Of a stretch of DNA of 64,000 nucleotides, positions 38,476-49,315 are shown piece after piece. The stretch's first letter is position 1; each line of letters opens with the position of its first letter. A model generated the notes under the pieces. The model worked only from the letters and a program-made list of their open reading frames with translations, was not told the DNA's origin and searched no databases. Location: positions 1,120,001 to 1,184,000 of the forward strand of contig CAVPBK010000006.1 in NCBI GenBank assembly GCA_963701855.1, written 5' to 3'. A program made the position numbers and the translations under genes. The stretch comes from Nitrospirota bacterium (GTDB lineage Bacteria > Nitrospirota > Nitrospiria > Nitrospirales > Nitrospiraceae).

Positions 38476-40227
38476 CTATTTCATGGCGACGGCCCGGACT
38501 TGTTCATAGGTAGTCAGTCCGGCGAGGATTTTCAGAATTCCGTCCTGCACGAGCGTCACCATCCCTTCCTTCTCAGCCAGGCGCTGCATCTCCGTCGTTT
38601 TGGCGCGGCTCTGGATCAGGCTTCGCAGTTCATCCGATCCGCTCAGGAGTTCGTGCAAGGCGATCCGACCTTTGAGGCCTGTTCGGCCGCAGGCTTCACA
38701 CCCCCGCCCCCGATAGAGCTGAAAGTCGTCGCAATAGCCTATTCCGAGCGCCTCCCACATGTGCTTACCGTACCTACTCACCAGTCTATCGTACTCTTGC
38801 ACTGTTGGATGATACTGTTCTTTACAATTGACGCAGATCCGCTTGCAGAGGCGTTGGGCGAGCACTCCCTGCATGGCATCGGCGAAGTTGAAGGAGTCGC
38901 ATCCCAGGTCGAGGAGCCGAACCACAGTCTCGGCCGCCCCATTCGTGTGTAATGTGCTCAAGACCAGGTGGCCAGTCAACGAGGCCTCGATGGCCACATC
39001 GGCTGTTTCCTTGTCCCGCATTTCACCGATCATAATGACATCCGGATCGGCTCGTAAAAATGACCGCATGGCGGCGGCAAAGGTAAACCCGATTCTTGAA
39101 TGGACCTGTACCTGACGGAGGCCCTCCTGGGTGATCTCAATGGGATCCTCCGCCGTCCAGATTTTCCGTTCGTCTGTGTTGAGATGGCGAAGCAGGGCGT
39201 GTAGCGTCGTCGTTTTTCCGGATCCGGTGGGACCCACGCACAAAATGATGCCATGCGGTTTCTCCGCGATGTCCAGGAGTGCTGTGAGCGTGGCTGGAGC
39301 AAACTCCATGGAGTCAAGAGGGAGGGGCTCCTTCGCCGTGAGCAATCGCATAACGATGTCTTCGTTGTTGCCGGCGGTTGGCAGAGTCGCCACCCGCAGC
39401 TCGATTTCTCTATCCTGACTCAGCTTGAACCGGATCTTCCCGTCCTGCGGTTTCCGGCGTTCAGAAATGTCCAGATGGGACATGATCTTGATACGGGAAA
39501 CTAAGGCTCGGCGATAAATCGCGGGAATCCGCATATAGGTGGAACATGTGCCATCTATCCGAAAACGAATGGCTGTTTCCTTACGATCCGAGTACGGTTC
39601 GATATGAATATCGGATGCATCGTGTCGGTATGCCTCGACAATGATCTGATTCGCGAGCCGTACGATCGCGGAATCGTTCTCGTCAATGCCGTCAGAGTTG
39701 ATGTCAAGTGATTGCTCCAGATGAGCGTCGTTGACCAGCTCGCCCAATGTGTCCGCAATGGATCCGCTATCGGTGTCTCCAATCGTGGCGTTGAGGAATC
39801 GCTCGATGTCACGCCGCAGGCCCAAGGCATACCGTATCGTCAGGCCTGGAAAGGCGCGCTGGATGTCATGACCTCTATCGAGATCATGGGGGTTGTCAAT
39901 CAGGACATCCAGAATATCACCCTGCTGTTTCAGTGGGAGCCAGTGATGCCTGTGAAGGTAATCGTGACTAAGATTACTGAGGAGTTGGGGGTCAGCCAGG
40001 GTCCGTTCGTCAAATGGAATATAGGGGCAATCGAAGAAGCTGCTCAGTGTTTTGCCTAGCACTGCTTTCGGGACTCGGTATTTCTCGATCAGCAGGCCTT
40101 CCAAGTCGGTCGATCCCTGCAAGGACTCCTGAACAGCTTTCACGAGGTCCGGCTGGCGGATGAAGCCCTCGTGGATCAAGGGATCATAGGCACGGGGTTC
40201 AATGGTTCTGTGGGCCGCCTTCTGCAT
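38476..40227 (-). CDS. GspE/PilB family secretion ATPase
   Basis: ASDIHIEP, GPTGSGKTTT, LRADPD..IGEMRD, TGH..STLH, CxxC...CxxC. Confidence 0.93.
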   Translation of the reverse strand: MQKAAHRTIEPRAYDPLIHEGFIRQPDLVKAVQESLQGSTDLEGLLIEKYRVPKAVLGKTLSSFFDCPYIPFDERTLADPQLLSNLSHDYLHRHHWLPLKQQGDILDVLIDNPHDLDRGHDIQRAFPGLTIRYALGLRRDIERFLNATIGDTDSGSIADTLGELVNDAHLEQSLDINSDGIDENDSAIVRLANQIIVEAYRHDASDIHIEPYSDRKETAIRFRIDGTCSTYMRIPAIYRRALVSRIKIMSHLDISERRKPQDGKIRFKLSQDREIELRVATLPTAGNNEDIVMRLLTAKEPLPLDSMEFAPATLTALLDIAEKPHGIILCVGPTGSGKTTTLHALLRHLNTDERKIWTAEDPIEITQEGLRQVQVHSRIGFTFAAAMRSFLRADPDVIMIGEMRDKETADVAIEASLTGHLVLSTLHTNGAAETVVRLLDLGCDSFNFADAMQGVLAQRLCKRICVNCKEQYHPTVQEYDRLVSRYGKHMWEALGIGYCDDFQLYRGRGCEACGRTGLKGRIALHELLSGSDELRSLIQSRAKTTEMQRLAEKEGMVTLVQDGILKILAGLTTYEQVRAVAMK

Positions 40228-40546
40228 GGTTCCTATTATGTGGGCTCCAGAAGGGGGTTGATGTCCGTTTCAATCCCGCCGCCGATCGTCATCACTCTCA
40301 GTATAGAAGTATTTTCGTCGTTCTCAACGAATATCAAAAAAGAAACGCGATCCTTCGCGATCTTATCGGAGGCGGGAACTGGCAATGAGCTTGCGGAGGA
40401 ATGATGTGGTTATGGAGTCGTGAGCAAGACAGGCAAGATCTGCGCGACAGGCGAGACCTGAGCCTGTTGAGGGACGTCCATGAGGAACGCGTTCCGCGAG
40501 ATTTTTCAACAAACCGCCACGAGCGTGTGAAATAGCAGGGTGATGG

Positions 40547-41362
40547 TTATGAAGCGGTTCGTTTCCGTTCTGATTTCGAGCTGGCACGGTTGGCGTGGGT
40601 CTGGAGGTTGGCGTGCAAGTCTTTGCCAGCGGTGGCAGCCACAGCGATGACACCGCGAAATCTCGGTATCGGTTGATTGAAGGCAAAGGGTTTCCCCTTC
40701 GCGTCGCTGATGGCGCCGCCGCTTTCTTCGATGAGCAGGACTCCGGCTGCAAGATCCCACTCGTTCTCCGGCTCGATGGTGAAGGCTGCCTGGACGCGAC
40801 CTGCGGCGACCAGGGCCAGTGCGTTGGCGATGGAGTACATGGGTCGGCACCGAGCGGTCTCGGCGAGTATCGACCATCGGCCGATCCGGAATTCCCCCGC
40901 ACTGACCATGATGGCCGGGTCGAACGCATGAGTGGGGGAGGGGGTGACACGTGTGCCGTTCAGGAAGAGTCCGCTGCCGCGCACCGCGGTGAAGAGTTCG
41001 TCGGTCGAGGGATTGAGGATCGCGGCGACGACCGGTGTGCCTCGTTCAATCAACGCGGCAGAGATGCAGAACTCCGGCATCCGATTCACCAAGGCTTTTG
41101 TACCGTCGATGGGGTCCACAATCCAGACGCGCTGGTTGGTGAGTCGAGCCGGATCGTCGGGAGACTCTTCCGAGAGCCATCCATCCTGTGGAAACTCCCG
41201 GCGCTGCATCTCATGTAGAATGCGGTTGACCTCATAATCCACAGTCGTGACCGGCGAACGATCCGGCTTCGTCTGCACTTCGAACCCAACCCTGATCAGT
41301 TCACGCACCTTCGTACCGGCGTTCCGGATCGATTCGACCAACGTTGCCAACTCTCGTTCCAT
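40547..41362 (-). CDS. cysQ: 3'(2'),5'-bisphosphate nucleotidase / inositol monophosphatase family
   Basis: LSEE, WIVDPIDGT, EWDLAAG; start at ATG 41362. Confidence 0.82.
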   Translation of the reverse strand: MERELATLVESIRNAGTKVRELIRVGFEVQTKPDRSPVTTVDYEVNRILHEMQRREFPQDGWLSEESPDDPARLTNQRVWIVDPIDGTKALVNRMPEFCISAALIERGTPVVAAILNPSTDELFTAVRGSGLFLNGTRVTPSPTHAFDPAIMVSAGEFRIGRWSILAETARCRPMYSIANALALVAAGRVQAAFTIEPENEWDLAAGVLLIEESGGAISDAKGKPFAFNQPIPRFRGVIAVAATAGKDLHANLQTHANRASSKSERKRTAS

Positions 41363-41513
41363 GTTGCATGCCTCGCTGAGTGGACCAGGAAGAGTAGCAG
41401 GTCTTACAGGATCAGCAAAGCGTAAAGAGGGCATCCGGCGATCAGCGCCGACGGTCCTCTTGACCATCGCAGTGAACCTGCGTACAAGCAGGGGGTTCTG
41501 CGAGGTCTCTACC

Positions 41514-42569
41514 ATGAAACTGGTCCAGAAACGATCCAGAAAGACGGGGCTTCCCCCAGGTACGCTTGTCCATATCGGTGAGAAAAAACCGGCCAAGGTC
41601 ACTATCACGGCCTTTAACTACGCCGACGCTCGCTGCGACGAACGCCAGGATCTGTCGCTTGAAGGGCTTGCGCCACCGACCGATGAATCCGTCACATGGG
41701 TAGATGTCGGGGGCGTTCACAGGATGGACATTCTGGAATCGTTTGGGAAGCAGTTCCAGCTCCATTCCCTTCTTCTCGAAGACATTGCAAACACCGATCA
41801 GCGTCCGAAACTCGACGACTATGAAACCCGCTTGTTCCTCGTGATGAAGATGCTCTCGGTCACCGACCGACAGGAGATCGTCGTCGAACAGGTGAGTCTG
41901 ATCCTCGGGCCGAACTTTGTACTGTCCTTTCAGGAAAATGGGGCCGACGTCTTCACATCGGTGCGGGATCGACTTCGTGGGGGGAAGGGACGCTTGCGGC
42001 AGTCCGGGGCCGACTACCTGCTCTATGCGCTGATCGATGCCATTGTCGATCAATACTTCGAGGTGCTGGAGGCGCTAGGCGAAAAGATCGAAGCGCTGCA
42101 AGATCTGGTGGTCAGCGATCCGAAGCCAGAGACGCTGCACAAAATCCACGGCCTCAAACGGCAGTTACTGTTTCTGCGGCGGGCGGTGTGGCCACTCCGT
42201 GAAGCGGCGAACAGTCTATCCCGATCAGAATGCCCGTTCTTACAGGAATCGACAAAGATATTCTTCCGTGATGTCTACGATCACGTGGTTCAGATCGTGG
42301 ATACCATCGAGACGCTTCGCGAAATGGTCTCAACCAGTCTCGATATCTATCTGTCGAGCATCAGCTATCGGCTGAACGCTGTGATGAAGGTGCTGACGAT
42401 CATTACGACGATTTTCATGCCCCTGACCTTCATCGTCGGTATCTACGGGATGAACTTCGAACACATGCCGGAGCTGAAGTGGGAATGGGGCTACCCGCTG
42501 GTACTTGGACTGATGGTGGCGATCGTGATCGCCATGCTCGGGTTTTTCAAAGGAAAGAAGTGGATTTAA
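41514..42569 (+). CDS. corA: Magnesium/cobalt transporter CorA
   Basis: GLPPGTL, QRPK, FRDVYDH, YGMNF signature, MPEL. Confidence 0.95.
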   Translation: MKLVQKRSRKTGLPPGTLVHIGEKKPAKVTITAFNYADARCDERQDLSLEGLAPPTDESVTWVDVGGVHRMDILESFGKQFQLHSLLLEDIANTDQRPKLDDYETRLFLVMKMLSVTDRQEIVVEQVSLILGPNFVLSFQENGADVFTSVRDRLRGGKGRLRQSGADYLLYALIDAIVDQYFEVLEALGEKIEALQDLVVSDPKPETLHKIHGLKRQLLFLRRAVWPLREAANSLSRSECPFLQESTKIFFRDVYDHVVQIVDTIETLREMVSTSLDIYLSSISYRLNAVMKVLTIITTIFMPLTFIVGIYGMNFEHMPELKWEWGYPLVLGLMVAIVIAMLGFFKGKKWI

Positions 42570-42587
42570 TCCGGGCTAAAAGAGGGA

Positions 42588-43151
42588 GTGATGAGGAGAC
42601 GACGAATTCTCACCGTCATGATCGGCGCGCTGCTGCTCGGTGGGTTGCTTGTGACAGGCTGTGAGAGTGCGGACGCACAAGGAGTGCCGGGCGATCTGTC
42701 TGGTGTCAACAAGAATCGAGACAAAGCTCTGTCGGCGGCGCAGCGGTTCGTCGTCCTGCCGGCCTTCAACAGTGAGGCGGTTTTGGATAAAGAAACCAAC
42801 TTGATCTGGGAGAGGTCACCGCAGACAACGAGCGCCAGATGGATCGCGGCTCGCCGTACCTGCATCGAGAAGAATGTCGGAGGGCAGAAAGGCTGGCGGC
42901 TGCCATTGCTTGAGGAGCTGACTAGTCTGGTGGACCCCTCCGTAGCTCCTCCGGGTCCGACTCTTCCGCCAGGTCATCCATTCCTGACGATCCAGTCGAC
43001 CGTCTATTGGTCAGCGACGAGGGTTGATGAGGACGCCAGGGGTTCGTGGGCCGTGCATTTCGGATTGGGCGGCGGCGCGACCTTCATCAACTGGGCCCAC
43101 AGCATCCAAAGCTGGTGTGTCCGTGATGGCATGAATGTGAATCAGCCTTGA
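42588..43151 (+). CDS. DUF1566 (Lcl C-terminal) domain lipoprotein
   Basis: Lipobox VTGC; D.ETNLIWE, WRLP..EEL.SL, YWS. Confidence 0.85.
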   Translation: MMRRRRILTVMIGALLLGGLLVTGCESADAQGVPGDLSGVNKNRDKALSAAQRFVVLPAFNSEAVLDKETNLIWERSPQTTSARWIAARRTCIEKNVGGQKGWRLPLLEELTSLVDPSVAPPGPTLPPGHPFLTIQSTVYWSATRVDEDARGSWAVHFGLGGGATFINWAHSIQSWCVRDGMNVNQP

Positions 43152-43217
43152 GGCTTCGGTGATTAGAGCGAGGACGGCGCTTGGGCGTGCCGGCAGGGGC
43201 GGCCCAAATGAGAGAGT

Positions 43218-43574
43218 TTATTCGGCGACCTCGACGCGATCGACGTAGTAGGCGGTCTCTCCGAAGCAAGTCGTAGGGAGGTAGCGATACTCTTTATAGT
43301 GCAGAACCAATCGTTTTCCCATGCCTTGCGAGAGTTGTGACGCCACTTTCTCATCCCAGACTGAAAAGTTCCACAATATCGGGGCCACGCCCGGCACCGT
43401 TGTCATAGCCAACTCGCCCTCGTGCGTCTTGCAGATCCAGCCCTTGTTGGAAAACTTCTGAATATAGCCGGCTCGGTTTCCGTCGGAATAGTCGTAATTG
43501 AAGGCGACGAGCAAATAGGCCGAGCCGATAAACAACATGATGATTAGAAATAATTTTATCATCTTTCTCATCAC
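43218..43574 (-). CDS. Conserved membrane-anchored hypothetical protein
   Basis: N-terminal TM; YSDGNRAGYIQKFS.KGWICKT.EGEL; coupled to leuD. Confidence 0.8.
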   Translation of the reverse strand: MMRKMIKLFLIIMLFIGSAYLLVAFNYDYSDGNRAGYIQKFSNKGWICKTHEGELAMTTVPGVAPILWNFSVWDEKVASQLSQGMGKRLVLHYKEYRYLPTTCFGETAYYVDRVEVAE

Positions 43575-44212
43575 GCTTTCCCTGAGTTAGGGAGAAGATC
43601 CGTAAATAACCAGGGGGCCTCAGTCTTCCGCCGCGCCTCGTATGAGGAAATGGTGGTCTCGTGTTGCAACGTTAATCCGATAGCGTCGAGACCCCGATAC
43701 AAACAATCTTTTCTGAAGGGGTCGATCTCGAAGCGAGAACGGGTGCCGTCTGGGGCGGTCACTGTCTGGTCTCCAAGGTCCACCGTCAGTTGGTACCCGG
43801 GCGTCTCTAGGACACCGTTCATCATGGCCAGGACTTCGTCGGCCTTCAACACCACGGGCAGCATGCCGTTTTGGAAACAATTGCTGTAGAAGATGTCGGC
43901 AAAGCTCGACGCGATGATACAACGGAATCCCTGGTCGAGGAGCGCCCAGGGGGCATGTTCACGCGACGATCCGCACCCGAAGTTATCGCGGGTCAGAAGA
44001 ATTGTTGCCCCCTGAAAGCGCGGTTGATTCAAAAAAAACTCCGGATCCTGTGACCCGTCCTTCTTCTTGCGCCAATCGTAGAATAGCCCTTCCCGGAGCC
44101 CGGTCCGCTTGATCGTCTTCAGAAACTGCTTCGGGATGATTTGATCGGTATCAACATTGACGCGGTCCAGTGGGGCCACTAACCCCGTGAGTGTCGTAAA
44201 GGCTTGCATCAT
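43571..44212 (-). CDS. leuD: 3-isopropylmalate dehydratase small subunit
   Basis: NVDTDQIIPKQFL, NFGCGSSREHAPWAL. Confidence 0.97.
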   Translation of the reverse strand: MMQAFTTLTGLVAPLDRVNVDTDQIIPKQFLKTIKRTGLREGLFYDWRKKKDGSQDPEFFLNQPRFQGATILLTRDNFGCGSSREHAPWALLDQGFRCIIASSFADIFYSNCFQNGMLPVVLKADEVLAMMNGVLETPGYQLTVDLGDQTVTAPDGTRSRFEIDPFRKDCLYRGLDAIGLTLQHETTISSYEARRKTEAPWLFTDLLPNSGKA

Positions 44213-44284
44213 GATCCTCGTGAAACGTAAGTAAGCTCTTGAAATCCGCTCATCATTCCTCTCATGCAGACCCCCGTCCAGTTC

Positions 44285-45688
44285 TCACGACCAATGGCGA
44301 ATGTCGACGAAATGGCCTTCGACCGCTGCGGCTACGGCCATCGCCGGCGACACGAGATGGGTCCGGCCGCCGGCCCCCTGGCGCCCTTCGAAGTTTCGAT
44401 TGCTGGTCGAGGCGCAACGCTCTCCGGGCTGAAGCACGTCGGCATTCATCGCCAGACACATACTACAGCCGGCTTCCCGCCACTCGAAGCCTGCTTCTTT
44501 GAATAGTCGGTCGAGCCCTTCCTGTTCGGCCTGTTGCTTTACGAGGCCGGAACCGGGCACGACCATCGCATGAACAGTCTTCGCGACATGCTTACCCTTC
44601 GCCAAGCTCGCAGCCAGACGGAGATCTTCGATGCGCGCATTCGTGCAGGATCCGATGAAGACTTTGTCGATGGCGATATCGGTCATGGGCATGTTCGGAA
44701 TGAGGCCCATGTATTCCAACGCCCGTGCAGTAGCCTGGCGCTGGTTCTCGTCGGTGATCGTATGCGGGTCCGGCACTCGTTGATCGATGCCGGTCACCAT
44801 CCCGGGGCTTGTGCCCCAGCTGACTTGCGGCGCGATGTCCTCGGCCCGCATCGTGACGGTCGTATTGTACGTCGCATTCACATCGGTCTTGAGCTGCTGC
44901 CATGCTTGTACGGCCTGCTCGAACAACTCTCCCTTCGGGGCCAATGGACGCCCCTTGACATAGGCGATGGTGTTTTCGTCCGGCGCCACCATTCCAGCCC
45001 TTGCGCCGCCCTCGATCGACATATTGCAGAGCGTCATGCGCCCTTCCATGCTGAGGGCGCGGATCGCTGAGCCAGTGTACTCGATGACATAACCGGTTCC
45101 GCCAGCTGTACCGATTTTTCCGATGATGGCCAGAATTACATCCTTTGCCGAACAGAGATTCGACAGTACCCCGTCGACGCGAATCTCCATAGTCTTGGGC
45201 CGTTTCTGCACCAAACACTGGGTGGCTAGCACATGTTCCACTTCACTGGTGCCGATACCGAAGGCCAATGCGCCGAACGCTCCATGCGTCGATGTGTGAG
45301 AATCACCGCACACGATGGTCGTCCCCGGCAGGGTAAAGCCCTGTTCTGGCCCGATCACGTGCACTACGCCTTGGCGAATGTCGTTCATGCCGAAGAGTGT
45401 AATGCCGAAGTCATGGCAATTCTCCTCCAGCGTCTTGATTTGTTTCGCACTGAGGGGATCAGCGATGCCAAGGGTCCGGTCGGTGGTTGGAACGTTGTGG
45501 TCCGGCACCGCTAATGTGACGCCAGGACGGCGAGGGCGTCGGCCCGAGAGCTTGAGTCCTTCAAACGCCTGCGGCGATGTTACTTCGTGGACCAACTGAC
45601 GATCAATATAGAGCAGAGTGGTCCCGTCCGGCTCCGCGCGAACGACGTGAGATTCCCAGATTTTGTCGAAAAGAGTTTGAGTAGCCAT
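44285..45688 (-). CDS. leuC: 3-isopropylmalate dehydratase large subunit
   Basis: [41 protein letters not shown]. Confidence 0.97.
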   Translation of the reverse strand: MATQTLFDKIWESHVVRAEPDGTTLLYIDRQLVHEVTSPQAFEGLKLSGRRPRRPGVTLAVPDHNVPTTDRTLGIADPLSAKQIKTLEENCHDFGITLFGMNDIRQGVVHVIGPEQGFTLPGTTIVCGDSHTSTHGAFGALAFGIGTSEVEHVLATQCLVQKRPKTMEIRVDGVLSNLCSAKDVILAIIGKIGTAGGTGYVIEYTGSAIRALSMEGRMTLCNMSIEGGARAGMVAPDENTIAYVKGRPLAPKGELFEQAVQAWQQLKTDVNATYNTTVTMRAEDIAPQVSWGTSPGMVTGIDQRVPDPHTITDENQRQATARALEYMGLIPNMPMTDIAIDKVFIGSCTNARIEDLRLAASLAKGKHVAKTVHAMVVPGSGLVKQQAEQEGLDRLFKEAGFEWREAGCSMCLAMNADVLQPGERCASTSNRNFEGRQGAGGRTHLVSPAMAVAAAVEGHFVDIRHWS

Positions 45689-45876
45689 AGTATGATCCTC
45701 AATGATCGTGTCTCTCTCGGAGGGTACCTCCGAGCGGATGCATATTATACAGAGTCCTCCCATGGTCTGTACAAGAGCACCCAGCGTGTTTCTTGTGTTG
45801 ACCGAATGGACGTGGTACACCGCGCGGTGGGTGGGGACCAGGCTCCTTTCTTACGATTGCCCCGGAGGATTGTGCC

Positions 45877-46347
45877 GTGACTTCTCAGGTATGGACCAAT
45901 CACGGCATCATAGAGTGGTCGCAACTGCTCCTCAACAGTTTCCGTCACTGGACTGGGCGTGAACTGCTCGAACGAGTAGGCGATCAGGACTATCAGGCCC
46001 ACGCGCTCTTCCAGTCTCCCTTAGTCGTCGTATCCCACGGGATAGAAGATGATCCACTCCTCAATTACGGCAATCAGGTCGCGTTAGACTTATGGGAGCT
46101 GACCTGGGCGCAACTCGTAACGACACCGTCGCGGCTGACGGCTGAGTCGGTCAATCGAGCTGAGCGAGAATGGATGTTGGAACAGGCCAGAACGCGTGGC
46201 TATCTCGACACCTATCAAGGCGTGAGAATTGCTTCAACAGGACGCCGCTTTCTCGTCGAGAACGCTCTCATCTGGAATGTCATGGATGTAGAGGGACAGA
46301 GAGTCGGGCAGGCTGCGACCTTCGCGCAATGGACCTGGTTGACCTGA
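45877..46347 (+). CDS. Stand-alone MEKHLA (PAS-like) domain protein
   Basis: SF...TGR.L, VVSHG..DPLLNYGN, PSRLTAE, GVRIASTGRRF. Confidence 0.88.
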   Translation: MTSQVWTNHGIIEWSQLLLNSFRHWTGRELLERVGDQDYQAHALFQSPLVVVSHGIEDDPLLNYGNQVALDLWELTWAQLVTTPSRLTAESVNRAEREWMLEQARTRGYLDTYQGVRIASTGRRFLVENALIWNVMDVEGQRVGQAATFAQWTWLT

Positions 46348-46429
46348 CGCGCAGGTGCGGGAAAACTGTTCTGCGAGTTAGGAGGTGGAAGGACTACATG
46401 ATGTCAAGGGCAAGTGGAACGTTTCCTGC

Positions 46430-46551
46430 CAGATTCCCCAAAAGGCCGTCAGCAAGGCCGAAGCGAGTGAAGGGTCGAGGCGTATCCTCGGGATACGTTG
46501 AGGGTCTGAACGATGCGAGAACGAAGCCGACGGACATTTTGAGCATCCTGC
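46430..46551. repeat. Degenerate intergenic MITE-like repeat
   Basis: CAGATTCCCCAAAAGGCCGTC...GACGGACATTTTGAGCATCCTG imperfect terminal inverted repeats; central CGTATCCTCGGGATACG hairpin. Confidence 0.5.
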
Positions 46552-47211
46552 GGGCTAGGAGGGGAAATAGATCTCAAATATTCCATAGATGCCGCTGTAG
46601 AGGTCGTGTTGTATTGATAGCCACCCGTGACGAGCACAAACACGTTACCAACATGAACTTCGCCGAGGGGTTCAGTCATGACCCCCCGGAAATCTGCATT
46701 ACCCATTCCGGTTACGTTCCAGCCAACATATGTTGTGCAACGGCTCATCTCGGGCTTATAAGCCAGAACCTTTCCTCGTAGCCGACTCCAGAAGAAATTA
46801 TCGAGGTCAGCGTATGACCCTATGGCATAGAGGCTCCATTTTTCATGCCAATAAAAAGCGCTTCAAGCTGGACATACACGCCAGCCTGATAGGTGATCGT
46901 ATTACTCGTGTTCAGCCGCTGTTCTTCGATTCTGCACAGCTGAGGGCCGGCAAGGGCAGAGAGCGTCCAGCCACCGAGGGTTGTGGTGATGCTGAGCAAC
47001 GGGACAACAGCCTGGATGTTGGCATCCAGGAGTTGCCCATCGGTCTTAAAGTTATAGCCGAACCAAGAAGTCATAGCCTGAACAAACAAGCCGGATCCTG
47101 CTGAATTCCGAAAGATCGTGGTCGGACACCGAGATAGGTAATGTACTGGCTCTTATTGTCGATCTGAAATCCGGTGAAGACTGACCTTCCCCCAATTCCG
47201 TGGACACCGGG

Positions 47212-48076
47212 TTAAGCCACAGCCGTCCTCGCTTCGAACTCGGCCGGGGAATCGTAGCCGAGCGTGGAGTGACGCCGCCGCCGATTGTAGAACACCTCAA
47301 TGTACTCGACGATATCCTGTGTCGCGTCGTCACGGGTTGCATAGTGCCGATGGTACACGAGCTCGCGTTTAAGTGTCCCGAAAAAACTTTCGACACAGGC
47401 ATTGTCCCAGCCGTTGCCCGTGCGGCTCATGCTGCTGGTGATGCCGTGCTCGGCGAGCAGCTGCTGGTAGCGACGTGCCGCGTACTGGCTGCCGCGATCC
47501 GAGTGATATAGCAACCCCGCCATGGGCTTCCGATGCGTCAGCGCCAGGGTGAGGGCCCGCTCGGCTAGCTCCACGGTCAGCCGAGGGCCCATCGCCCAGC
47601 CGATCACGGTACGCGCGTACAGGTCGAGCACCACGGCGAGATAGCAGCCAGCCCTCCGTAGTCCAGACATAGGTCATGTCCCCGGCCCACACCCGGTTGG
47701 GCTGCTCGATCTGGAACTGCCGGTTGAGGGTGTTGCGGGCTACCGGCCACGGGTGGTTCGAGTCGGTCGTGGCGCGCCACTTCTTCACGGTCTTGGCCCG
47801 GGTCCCTGCGACGCGCATCCGTCGCGCGATGCGATGTTCGCCGACCCCGTGCCCTCGCTTCATCAATGCGTCCCAGATGCTCGGACTGCCGTAGGTCTCG
47901 CGAGACTCTCGGTGGATCACTCGGATTTCCGAGAGCAGGATGCGGTTGTGCATTGCACGGCGGCTCTCGGGCCGATCCTTCCAGGCGTAATAGCCTGCAG
48001 CCGATACCGCGAGCGCCCGGCACATGAGCCGGATGGGAAAGCGACGGTCGTGCTTCTGGATCGCGCGGTATCTCAT
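47212..48076 (-). pseudogene. IS3 OrfB DDE transposase with an internal +1 frameshift near 47645
   Basis: WAGDMTY..EGWL breaks before YLAVVLD; HSDRGSQY, DNACVESFF..LKRE. Confidence 0.88.
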
Positions 48077-48369
48077 TGCGATGCCCTCGCGAAGAACGCC
48101 GCCGCACGTTGTAAAAAATCCCGCTCCTGGGTGACCCGCGCCAACTCCCGCTTCACACGCGTGCGTTCCTCGGCCTCGGCGCGCTGGGCGACCCGTGTGG
48201 GGCCATGGGCCGCCGCCTGCCGATGCTGGGCGGTCCAGCGATACAACACGTTGTCCGAAATCCCCAGGTCCCGCGCGACCTGGGCCACTGGGTAAGCGGA
48301 TTCACACACCAACCGCACCGCCTCCCGCTTAAATTCCTCGGTATACCGACGTCGAGTGCTTGCTGGCAT
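48073..48369 (-). CDS. IS3 OrfA
   Basis: RRRYTEEFKREAV, VARDLGI..LYRW, ERDFLQRAAAFFA; ATGA coupling to OrfB. Confidence 0.92.
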   Translation of the reverse strand: MPASTRRRYTEEFKREAVRLVCESAYPVAQVARDLGISDNVLYRWTAQHRQAAAHGPTRVAQRAEAEERTRVKRELARVTQERDFLQRAAAFFARASQ

Positions 48370-48703
48370 GGGCACCTCCGGTTTCACCATTCTCCCCCTT
48401 ATGAAGGTGTCTGTAAAATCGGGGGAGGGTCAGACCTCTCCCACCTCGCTCACGAGAGACAAGCATGTCAGGATACATGCCGCCAGTAGGAGTCGTATCC
48501 GTCTCGCCATCGCTCTTCTCTCTCGTTGAAACTCAATGTTGGAGACCCGCCTGAAATCAAGCACAGTCGCGCATAGGCTTCGACATTCACAGTCTGGAAA
48601 CGAAAAAACGTTTTTCAAGGAGTAACAATTACGAGAGCGAGTGACGGGGTACCTGCTTCCTCAAGATGGGGGACATGAAAGGGCACCCAAGGAGGAAGGT
48701 CAT

Positions 48704-48928
48704 TTAGCCTGTAGGTTCGTCCGGGAGTCGTTGGAACCGTGGGCGTGGAAGACCCTCTACCATCACGGTTTCCACAAACATGGCCATTGGTCTGACCCAC
48801 AGATCTCGTTCGCCGTAGAGTGCGCGATAGACGACGAACTCTTTTTCCGTTTCCGAATGCCGCGCCACACCGAGCACCTCGTACTCGTGGCCCTTCTTGT
48901 AGTGCCGATAGCGGCCAGGCTGGACCAT
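48704..48928 (-). CDS. DUF1653 domain protein
   Basis: GRYRHYK, ARHSET...VVYRALY, WVRP..MF, PRF. Confidence 0.88.
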   Translation of the reverse strand: MVQPGRYRHYKKGHEYEVLGVARHSETEKEFVVYRALYGERDLWVRPMAMFVETVMVEGLPRPRFQRLPDEPTG

Positions 48929-49118
48929 CGTGTCTCCATTTCCGCTCCGTACTATACGAGAACAAACTCTGGAATTACAGAGCTGCAAGGTCCAGCCTTT
49001 CGGCTGAAGCTCTTGGCTGGATGAGCCATGAAGAGGGCGGGCGCAGTACCTTGTGAGGGCCTGTAACGTGGGTGCGTGGAAACTCAAGATTCTGTGGGAA
49101 GTAATCAGAGCGTTAACC

Positions 49119-49301
49119 CGCATTATTCATGACGGTTCGTGGCGAAATTGCTGAGCCGCGTCGCGAGATCGGCTCGCGGAACCGTGAGAATCCGATGCGT
49201 ACTCGTGTAGCACGGTGAGAGTTCGAGGGTAAGCCCGTTGGCCCAAGGTTCGTCGTAGCCGCAGATCGGCGATTGCAGCAGAAGCGCTCATGAATAATGC
49301 G
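49119..49301. mobile_element. MITE-like element
   Basis: Perfect 14-bp terminal inverted repeats CGCATTATTCATGA / TCATGAATAATGCG; non-coding interior. Confidence 0.7.
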
Positions 49302-49315
49302 TGATAAGGCGTTGG

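Larger units (their letters stand above)
47182..48432 (-). mobile_element. IS3-family insertion sequence, 1251 bp
   Basis: TG...CA ends; IRs TGACCTTCCCCCAATTCCGTGGACACC / GGTGTCTGTAAAATCGGGGGAGGGTCA; 3-bp GAC duplication. Confidence 0.93.
46555..48510 (-). pseudogene. Exported beta-barrel-like gene (possibly BcsS-like), interrupted by IS3 and frameshifted
   Basis: Signal peptide MARRIRLLLAACILTCLSLVSEVGEV reads through the GAC target duplication into FTGFQIDNKSQYITYLGV; amphipathic strands; ends EIYFPS. Confidence 0.55.

Noticed and set aside
47640..47660. Programmed IS3 frameshift
   Set aside because: The break is inside the DDE domain with no slippery site, and OrfA/OrfB are coupled by ATGA; this is a mutation or sequence error.
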